A DNA stretch of 32,000 nt. It comes from Candidatus Saccharimonadota bacterium (GTDB lineage Bacteria; Patescibacteriota; Gracilibacteria; UBA4473). This document shows, piece by piece, positions 25,663 through 32,000 of this stretch. The DNA lies in the NCBI GenBank assembly GCA_965228485.1, contig OZ245819.1, positions 1,050,001-1,082,000 of the forward strand, written 5' to 3'. The translations under genes were made by a program, and so were the position numbers. Positions within the stretch are counted from its first letter, which is position 1. Each line of letters begins with the position of its first letter. The notes under the pieces are model-generated. The model did no database searches. It was not told the origin of the DNA and saw only the letters and a program-made list of their open reading frames with translations.

Positions 25663-28284
25663 ATGGAAATAAACAAATATGTATACTCTTTTGATGAGGG
25701 GGCTGCTTCGCAAAAAAAATTACTTGGAGGGAAAGGGGCCAATCTTTCTGAGATGGTTCGATTGGGAATTCCAGTTCCTCATGGTTTTACGATTACGACT
25801 CAAGCCTGTAACTCATATTTACAGAATGAATGTCATTTTCCTGGTGGATTATGGGAGCAGGTGTTAGCGGAGGTAAAAATCTTGGAGGAAGTCTCTGGTA
25901 AACAATTTGGAGGCGAGAATCCGTTGTTGGTTTCAGTTCGATCTGGAGCGCCTGTGTCTATGCCAGGGATGATGGATACAATTTTAAACTTAGGACTTAA
26001 TGATACGACGGTAAAAGTCTTGGCTGAAAAAACTCAGAATGAGACTTTTGCTTATGATTCTTATAGACGCTTTATTCAGATGTTCTCAAATGTTGTACTA
26101 GGAATGGAGCATCGTCATTTTGAAGCTATTTTATCTGAATATAAAAATAAAAAAGGAATTGATCAGGATATCGATATGAAAGCTTTTGATTGGCAGGTTA
26201 TTGTTCAACAGTTTAAACAGTTAGTTGAGGCTCATAGAGAAGGTGTTTTTCCTGAAGAGCCTATGTTGCAGCTAGAATTAGCGGTTAAAGCCGTTTTTAA
26301 TTCTTGGTTAAACCCTCGGGCCATTAGCTATCGAAAGATCTATAATATTGAGGAAGGAATGGGCACAGCAGTAAATATACAGTCTATGGTGTTTGGTAAT
26401 ATGGGAGTAACTTCTGGGACTGGAGTTTGTTTTACTCGAGATCCGAGTACTGGGGAGAAAATATTCTTTGGAGAGTTTTTACTCAATGCTCAGGGGGAAG
26501 ATGTTGTTGCTGGAATTCGAACTCCAGAGCCAATTGCTCTCCTGCAGAATAAGTTGCCAAAAGTTTATGAGCAGCTTTCTACTGTTTGTCAGCAATTAGA
26601 ATCTCATTTTAGAGATATGCAGGATATAGAATTTACCATTGAGAATGAAAAGTTGTACTTATTACAGACACGGAGTGGTAAAAGGTCGGCTCCAGCAAGT
26701 TTACGAATTGCCGTAGACCTTGTTGAAGAAGGACTTATTAATCAGAAAGAGGCGTTGCTTCGTATTGAGCCACAGGGTTTGGATCAGTTGTTGCATCCTC
26801 AAATCGCACCAGATCAAGATTTAGCCGTTTTAGCCAGCGGGCTTCCGGCTTCTCCTGGAGCAGGAGTTGGTCAGATTGTATTTGATTCAGAAACTGCTGA
26901 AAAATGGGTAGATCAGGGGAAAAAAGTTATTTTAGTAAGACAGGAAACTTCTCCTGAAGATGTTAGTGGAATGAATGTTTCTTCGGGAATTTTAACCACT
27001 TGTGGAGGGATGACTTCGCATGCGGCGGTTGTAGCCAGGGGATTAGGAAAGCCCTGTGTTTCAGGGGCTAATGGAGTAGTGGTAAATGAGAAACGGAAGG
27101 AAATGATTATTGGTAAGAAGATTTTTACTGAAGGAGATAAAATTACCTTAGATGGTTCTAGGGGAGCAGTAATTGCTGGTACGGTTCGGACTATACCTGC
27201 TGAAATTACGGGAAATTTTTCTACCGTGATGTCTTGGGCGGATGAGTATAGTTCTATGCAGGTGAGAACCAATGCAGACACTCCAGAAGACGCTCAGAGA
27301 GCTCGAGACTTTGGAGCTCGAGGAATTGGCCTGTGTCGTACAGAGCATATGTTTTTTGAGGCAGACAGAATTAGGCCTATGAGAGAAATGATCTTGGCTG
27401 AAACAGAAGAAGATCGACAGAAGGCATTAGAAAAGTTACTGCCATTCCAAAGAGAGGATTTTTATGGTATTTTTAAAGCTATGGATGGGTTTCCGGTGAC
27501 CATAAGACTTTTAGATCCACCGTTGCATGAGTTTTTACCAGTAAAGAATAGAGACATTGATGCTTTGGCGACCGAGTTAGGAATAGATTTTGATACTTTA
27601 AAAGCACGAGTATTATCTCTTCACGAAGTAAATCCAATGCTTGGACACAGAGGGTGTCGATTAATGATGACTTATCCTGAAATTGCTCAGATGCAGGCAC
27701 AGGCTATTTTGGAAGCTGCAAGTCAGGCTCAGAAAGATGGTATTATCGTGTTTCCCGAAATCATGGTGCCGTTGGTAGGCATTGTACAAGAGTTGAAATA
27801 TTTACGTGACATTATTGAATCAGTAGCTGAAAAGGTTTTTGTTGAAGTACGAGAGCGTGTTGATTATAAGATAGGAACTATGATTGAGGTTCCAAGGGCC
27901 TGTTTGGTGGCTGATGAGATTGCCTCTGTAGCTGATTTTTTCTCTTTTGGCACGAATGATTTAACACAGATGACTTTTGGTTATTCTCGAGATGATGTTG
28001 GAAAGTTTTTACCACAATACAAATCACAAAATTGGATATCAGCCGACCCTTTTGAGACTCTTGATGAAGATGGAGTTGGGAAGTTGGTTCGAATTGGTGT
28101 GGATAAAGGACGTCGGCAGAAGTCAGATCTCAAAATTGGTATTTGTGGAGAGCATGGAGGGGATCCTCAGTCAGTAAACTTCTGTTTTCATCAAGATTTG
28201 AACTACGTTTCCTGTTCACCTTTTAGAGTTCCAATTGCTCGCATTGCTTCGGCTCAGAGTTATATCCGAAAGTGGCAAGTGTAA
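25663..28284 (+). CDS. ppdK: pyruvate, phosphate dikinase
   Basis: 873 aa. KxVYSFDEG start, the ATP-grasp region, the phosphohistidine motif GGMTSHAAVVARG, and the PEP-utilising TIM barrel (GLCRTEHMF, FFSFGTNDLTQ). Confidence 0.9.
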   Translation: MEINKYVYSFDEGAASQKKLLGGKGANLSEMVRLGIPVPHGFTITTQACNSYLQNECHFPGGLWEQVLAEVKILEEVSGKQFGGENPLLVSVRSGAPVSMPGMMDTILNLGLNDTTVKVLAEKTQNETFAYDSYRRFIQMFSNVVLGMEHRHFEAILSEYKNKKGIDQDIDMKAFDWQVIVQQFKQLVEAHREGVFPEEPMLQLELAVKAVFNSWLNPRAISYRKIYNIEEGMGTAVNIQSMVFGNMGVTSGTGVCFTRDPSTGEKIFFGEFLLNAQGEDVVAGIRTPEPIALLQNKLPKVYEQLSTVCQQLESHFRDMQDIEFTIENEKLYLLQTRSGKRSAPASLRIAVDLVEEGLINQKEALLRIEPQGLDQLLHPQIAPDQDLAVLASGLPASPGAGVGQIVFDSETAEKWVDQGKKVILVRQETSPEDVSGMNVSSGILTTCGGMTSHAAVVARGLGKPCVSGANGVVVNEKRKEMIIGKKIFTEGDKITLDGSRGAVIAGTVRTIPAEITGNFSTVMSWADEYSSMQVRTNADTPEDAQRARDFGARGIGLCRTEHMFFEADRIRPMREMILAETEEDRQKALEKLLPFQREDFYGIFKAMDGFPVTIRLLDPPLHEFLPVKNRDIDALATELGIDFDTLKARVLSLHEVNPMLGHRGCRLMMTYPEIAQMQAQAILEAASQAQKDGIIVFPEIMVPLVGIVQELKYLRDIIESVAEKVFVEVRERVDYKIGTMIEVPRACLVADEIASVADFFSFGTNDLTQMTFGYSRDDVGKFLPQYKSQNWISADPFETLDEDGVGKLVRIGVDKGRRQKSDLKIGICGEHGGDPQSVNFCFHQDLNYVSCSPFRVPIARIASAQSYIRKWQV

Positions 28285-28324
28285 TTTTTGGGCTGGTTTT
28301 TTTTGCGAAGTATGTTATAACTAC

Positions 28325-28561
28325 ATGATGAAGTTATTACCTAATCGAGAACAAGTTAGCGTTAAGTTTTTATTTCTGGATGGAGAAAATCCATCAGGAA
28401 AGGCAGAACAACAATCAGAGAATGACAGACAGGACGAGAAGGATCAGGCTTGTAAGGAGTTTGTATATGAGAGAAGAGATTTAAAAGGTGTAATTCCTTT
28501 GTGTGACGATATAGAGGAAATTCTTGATGAAGATGAAGATGAAGTGGGTGATTCGAAATAA
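28325..28561 (+). CDS. possible small acidic protein (78 aa)
   Basis: ATG-initiated part of ORF 28235..28561 that does not overlap ppdK. Acidic C-terminus (EEILDEDEDEVGD). No homology clue. Confidence 0.3.
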   Translation: MMKLLPNREQVSVKFLFLDGENPSGKAEQQSENDRQDEKDQACKEFVYERRDLKGVIPLCDDIEEILDEDEDEVGDSK

Positions 28562-28574
28562 GACCAGTTAGTTT

Positions 28575-30110
28575 TTACTTCAGAGTATCTCGGATGATCT
28601 CAGCGGCTTTTTGAGTGTTTTCAAGGCTGAGGTTTGGTAGTGAGACCCTTACAAAGTGAGTTCGATCGTGATTTTCTCTATCTGATTCTGCAAAGAAGAG
28701 GTGTGCTGGCATAAGGACAACCCCTTTTTCGGCAACGGCTTTGAGCTTTTCTTGGACGGATTTATCTTTCCAATCACTATTTTCTATGTCTCGCAGATTA
28801 AACATGCCGTAGTACAGATTGTTCTTGTAGTCTAAACCTAGGGTTTTATAGAATACTTCCATTTTCTTGATGACCATATCAGTAGTAGCTTCTCGTTCTT
28901 GTCTGCCCAGTAGTAGGTGACAAAGTGCGAGACCTGCAGATGGTCCTGGAATTCCAGTAATGTGTTGGAAAAGTCCAATATTTTTTCCACTGGGACTTTT
29001 GGCTAGATGCATGAGGTCTTGAATGTCTTTGTAATCTCCAATATATCCTCCAAGAATTTCTTTGGTAATAAACTTATTGGCTTCATCAGAAATATAAATA
29101 TCTCCGACTCTTAGTCCGGTAGATCGTTCAATCTTTGAAAGAGAATCTATCCGAATAGTTCTCCTTGCTGCTTCCGGAAGGTGGAGAAGACTTTGTTTTT
29201 CACGAAAGAATCCTAGGTATACTTCGTCAGTAACGATGAGAGAGTTGTGTGTTTCGGCCAATTCTGAAATAGCTTGTAAAAAGTTTTCATCACCACCAAA
29301 GCCCGTTGGGTTATTTGGATCAATAAGTACGATAGACTTAATTCGTTCTTTATAATTTTTGAGTTTTTCGAGTTGTTCTTTATCAAATTGACCCGTTTCT
29401 GGATTCACCTCCAAAGAGAGAACGTTAATTCCTCGTTGCTGGAACATGAGGTTATAAGGAGCGTAAACAGGGGAGGTCATGACTACGTAATCTCCTGCAT
29501 GAAGAAACTTGATTCCTTCAGTTCCAAGTCCTTTAAAAACGGTCCCAATACCATGTGAAGCGCCTAAAACTGGAGTAAGTTCGTGATATTTTACCTTTTT
29601 ATTGAGTGTTTGAGAATGTTCTTCTGCCATTACGGCTTGAAGAAGAGGTTGTCCAAAAGGTTCTGGATAACGTCCTCCTGCAAGGTTGGAGTATTTAAAG
29701 ATTTGATATAGGACCTCAAAGCGATTGTGTGGGAGGTCTTGATTTTTACAGGCTTTTTGTAGTTCGGTAATAAAAAGTTCGAATTGTTCTAGAATTTCAT
29801 CAGCTTTGTTTGTTGAGAAGTTTTCTTTAGCGGTGCTTTTAATAATTTGGTCAATTTCTTCTATTTCGTTTTCGGTTCTGTAGGCAAAAAGTTTTTGATC
29901 TGTGAAATGATCATTAAAGGTCGTATCTAGGATCATGAGGAAGGCAAAGAGTTGTCTTCCTTTTTTTGAAGGAGAGAATCCATATCCAGGTTCTCCTTGA
30001 GAAAGGTCTAGTACATTAGCTTCCCCGACAGTATCTCTTGAGATATCTCTTAAAATTCTAAAAGCCATGAATGGTGGCGTTCGATCGATATCGAATAAAA
30101 TTTGACTCAT
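28575..30110 (-). CDS. PLP-dependent class I/II aminotransferase, long form resembling aspartate 4-decarboxylase (AsdA)-type enzymes
   Basis: NPNNPTG-type motif (LIDPNNPTGF), the PLP-lysine context SLSKIERSTGLRVG, SPVYAPY, and GEPGYGFSP near the N-terminus. Length (511 aa) and motif order parallel the AsdA sequence as I recall it. Confidence 0.75.
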   Translation of the reverse strand: MSQILFDIDRTPPFMAFRILRDISRDTVGEANVLDLSQGEPGYGFSPSKKGRQLFAFLMILDTTFNDHFTDQKLFAYRTENEIEEIDQIIKSTAKENFSTNKADEILEQFELFITELQKACKNQDLPHNRFEVLYQIFKYSNLAGGRYPEPFGQPLLQAVMAEEHSQTLNKKVKYHELTPVLGASHGIGTVFKGLGTEGIKFLHAGDYVVMTSPVYAPYNLMFQQRGINVLSLEVNPETGQFDKEQLEKLKNYKERIKSIVLIDPNNPTGFGGDENFLQAISELAETHNSLIVTDEVYLGFFREKQSLLHLPEAARRTIRIDSLSKIERSTGLRVGDIYISDEANKFITKEILGGYIGDYKDIQDLMHLAKSPSGKNIGLFQHITGIPGPSAGLALCHLLLGRQEREATTDMVIKKMEVFYKTLGLDYKNNLYYGMFNLRDIENSDWKDKSVQEKLKAVAEKGVVLMPAHLFFAESDRENHDRTHFVRVSLPNLSLENTQKAAEIIRDTLK

Positions 30111-30238
30111 TTGTAAAATTTTTTTCGAGAATACGTATTAAAAATATTTTTTCTAATAAAAATTGTATTTTATGGTTGACCTTGGTGTTTTTTGTACCTG
30201 TTTACAAGGTGGGGGAAACTGATAGAGTGAATATTAGA

Positions 30239-30913
30239 ATGGGTATGGCTGAAAAAACTTTGAATGTTTATCGAAAAAGGGCTCAAAATTGGGCGAATTT
30301 TTTGGGAAATTTTCCAGGAGTTGAAGCGATCTTTTTGTCGGGAAGCCTGGCTACGGGTAAGGCGAATATCAATTCTGATATTGATTTTTTTGTAATTGCT
30401 ACCCCAGGGAGAATCTGGACAGCTCGTTTTTGGATATTTGTCTGTCTCAGGCTCACAGGAAATCTGGCCAAACCTCACAATCACCCTGGGAAAATCTGTC
30501 CAAATCATTTTATTACGAGTGATAACCTAGAGATTCAGGATAAAAATGGTTACAGTGCCTATCTTTTTTCTCGTAATAAACCTTTGTTTGACCCGGCTAA
30601 TATTTTTGAAGCTTTTGCGATAAAAAATGCATGGGTTTCAGAATTTAAGGAGTCTTTTCCAGTACAAATTTTATCTACCAATTTAGAAACAAAACTTCCA
30701 AAGGCTCAATCTAAAAATTGGACAGAGAGGTTATTGGAACGTTTTCAAAAAAAGAAAATAATGAAGAATCCTGATTTTAATAATGAGTCAGCCAAAATTG
30801 CGTTTAATGATCAGGAATTACGATTTCATCCAGTCGCTAAAAGTCGTCATTGGAAAAAACCTAAGGTTGTTGAGCAAGAGCTTGAAATTCACAATCCTTA
30901 TCAAAAACCTTAG
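30239..30913 (+). CDS. Pol-beta-superfamily nucleotidyltransferase domain protein with unknown C-terminal domain
   Basis: GSLATGKANINSDIDFFVIA fits the GSxxxGx(5)SDxDxxv minimal-NTase signature. I prefer the ATG at 30239 because the 30071 start would overlap the divergent aminotransferase gene. Confidence 0.6.
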   Translation: MGMAEKTLNVYRKRAQNWANFLGNFPGVEAIFLSGSLATGKANINSDIDFFVIATPGRIWTARFWIFVCLRLTGNLAKPHNHPGKICPNHFITSDNLEIQDKNGYSAYLFSRNKPLFDPANIFEAFAIKNAWVSEFKESFPVQILSTNLETKLPKAQSKNWTERLLERFQKKKIMKNPDFNNESAKIAFNDQELRFHPVAKSRHWKKPKVVEQELEIHNPYQKP

Positions 30914-31311
30914 TTTTTTGAGTCTAGAAATGTTTGTTTGTCTATAATATAGTTTGATGTTCCAGGTAGATAGTGGGTCGAAGAAAAGCAGAGCATTACT
31001 GCTTCTGGAGAGAAATCTTTGAATTCATGCCAACAATTTTTTTCGACGAGGAGCGCTTTATTCTTTCTGTCGAGTAAGATTTCTTTGTCTCCATTTCCAT
31101 CATTTACTACGGCGGTAATGCTTCCTTGAGCGGCCACGAATACTTCAGCTTCTATTAAGTGAGCATGCCCCCCCCTAACAGCTCCATCATTGGCAGTCAC
31201 TAGATAAACTCTCTTAACTTCAAAAGGAAAATTTTCATCTAGTTCAAAAGGAATTAGTCCACCACGATCATCTTCAAACTGGGGAAAATCGATAATTTGA
31301 TAAAGATTCAT
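30910..31311 (-). CDS. FdtA/QdtA-like sugar 3,4-ketoisomerase (WxcM-like cupin)
   Basis: From the ATG at 31311: FEDDRGGLIPFE...FPFEVKRVYLV...VRGGHAH...GS...WHEFKDFSPEAVMLCFSS parallels the FdtA pattern (DxRGxL, KRVYY, RGxHAH, WHE..xFS). About 133 aa. Confidence 0.7.
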   Translation of the reverse strand: MNLYQIIDFPQFEDDRGGLIPFELDENFPFEVKRVYLVTANDGAVRGGHAHLIEAEVFVAAQGSITAVVNDGNGDKEILLDRKNKALLVEKNCWHEFKDFSPEAVMLCFSSTHYLPGTSNYIIDKQTFLDSKN

Positions 31312-31357
31312 CTTTATTATTCTAAGGTATTTTACGCAAATCACAATACCTGTCGGT

Positions 31358-31386
31358 TTGACAGATTTGGTTGTCCAGACTACAAT
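31358..31386 (+). promoter_or_regulatory. sigma70-type promoter of the lipoprotein gene (TTGACA-17 nt-TACAAT)
   Basis: Exact TTGACA at 31358-31363, a 17-nt spacer, and TACAAT at 31381-31386. The ATG is 32 nt downstream. Confidence 0.6.
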
Positions 31387-31417
31387 CGGCTCTGTTTTAT
31401 CACTTAATTAAAAAAAA

Positions 31418-31756
31418 ATGAAAATTCTATCTCTATTGGTAGTAGCGTTTGCACTTGTTGCTTGTTTGCCTGAACCTGCTGAACCACCAGCACCTTCAGC
31501 TTCTCTAGAAGAAAAACTAGAAGAAAAAATGGCTGAAGAAAAAGCTACTGAGGAAAACACAGAAGAAGCCGCTACTGAAGAAAATACAGAAGCTGCTACG
31601 GAAGAACCAGCAGAAGAAGCTGCTGTAGATCCTGAAGTTCAAGCTCAACTTGAAGCGGAAGCTCAAGAAGCTGCTGAAGCTCAAGCAAAAGCTGAAGCGG
31701 ACCCTTCAATCGTAATTGAAGAAGAACTTACTAATCAACCAATTATTATCGAGTAA
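31418..31756 (+). CDS. acidic low-complexity lipoprotein
   Basis: Signal peptide with lipobox (LSLLVVAFALVAC). The mature part is Glu/Ala/Thr-rich, with a duplicated ATEENTE(E)A unit. Confidence 0.7.
   Translation: MKILSLLVVAFALVACLPEPAEPPAPSASLEEKLEEKMAEEKATEENTEEAATEENTEAATEEPAEEAAVDPEVQAQLEAEAQEAAEAQAKAEADPSIVIEEELTNQPIIIE
31544..31597 (+). repeat. imperfect tandem duplication (2 x 27 nt) inside the lipoprotein gene
   Basis: GCTACTGAGGAAAACACAGAAGAAGCC / GCTACTGAAGAAAATACAGAAGCTGCT are identical at 22 of 27 positions and in frame. Confidence 0.6.
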
Positions 31757-31784
31757 TTGGTCAATAATCGAACAAAACTAAAAA

Positions 31785-31809
31785 AGTGCTCAGTTAGGGC
31801 ACTTTTTTT
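31785..31809. terminator. bidirectional intrinsic terminator between the lipoprotein gene and the recombinase gene
   Basis: AGTGCTC-AGTTA-GGGCACT stem (7 bp including one G-U), preceded by A5 and followed by T7. The T-run overlaps the stop of the minus-strand recombinase gene. Confidence 0.65.
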
Positions 31810-32000
31810 ATTCTAAATATTGTTGGTGTGTTTTCTTTAGATCAGCGTTTGCCACATGTGTATAGATTTGTGTGGTGGCAATATTACTGTGTCCAAGCAT
31901 TTCTTGGACGGATCTTAGATCGGCTCCATTTTTTAGAAGAGTGGTCGCAAAAGTATGTCTTAACTTATGTGGGGTTACAGGTTTTGTGATTCCGCATTTT
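31808..32000 (-). CDS. tyrosine recombinase/integrase, XerC/XerD-like, C-terminal 63 aa only (continues beyond window)
   Basis: Not in the ORF track because no start codon lies in the window. My reverse translation gives ...[55 protein letters not shown], which contains the HxxR, LGH and catalytic Y motifs. Confidence 0.85.
   Translation of the reverse strand, partial: KCGITKPVTPHKLRHTFATTLLKNGADLRSVQEMLGHSNIATTQIYTHVANADLKKTHQQYLE

Noticed and set aside
31808-32000. Interpreting the recombinase fragment as proof of a prophage or integrative element
   Set aside because: Only 63 C-terminal residues are visible, and they are equally compatible with the housekeeping XerC/XerD. No att-like repeats or phage genes are visible in the window.

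Overview
AT-rich, gene-dense bacterial chromosomal window using the standard genetic code (TGA terminates dus and other full-length ORFs). It is mostly housekeeping and looks like a Candidate Phyla Radiation (Patescibacteria)-type genome: the 16S is divergent at universal sites, L30 is absent, the 16S is unlinked, and no Shine-Dalgarno sites are visible. Phylum assignment needs a database search. Order of content: a tight lysC(partial)-GNAT-asd-dapB-rnhB operon; an FtsL-like gene; a stand-alone 16S rRNA unit with its own promoter, a 25-bp leader-trailer helix and a terminator, but no ITS tRNAs or 23S; a FISUMP-domain secreted protein; clpC; an orphan membrane-anchored TraD/VirD4-like ATPase; dus; a 611-bp spacer holding a candidate minus-strand sRNA; lysS followed by four poorly characterised genes (GNAT-like, HD hydrolase, SLT-motif protein, secreted S1 protease); a ribosomal-protein block rplP to rplO with its own promoter and terminator; an HExxH protein; ppdK; a long AsdA-like aminotransferase; a nucleotidyltransferase; a lone FdtA-like cupin; an acidic repeat lipoprotein; and the 3' end of a tyrosine recombinase. 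I found no CRISPR array, tRNA, transposase, or recognisable defence or toxin-antitoxin system. The most novel-looking items are the candidate about 235-nt sRNA, the SD-less translation signature with a non-canonical 16S 3' tail, the orphan coupling-protein-like ATPase, and the lysS-linked string of unknown genes. None is demonstrably a new system from sequence alone.
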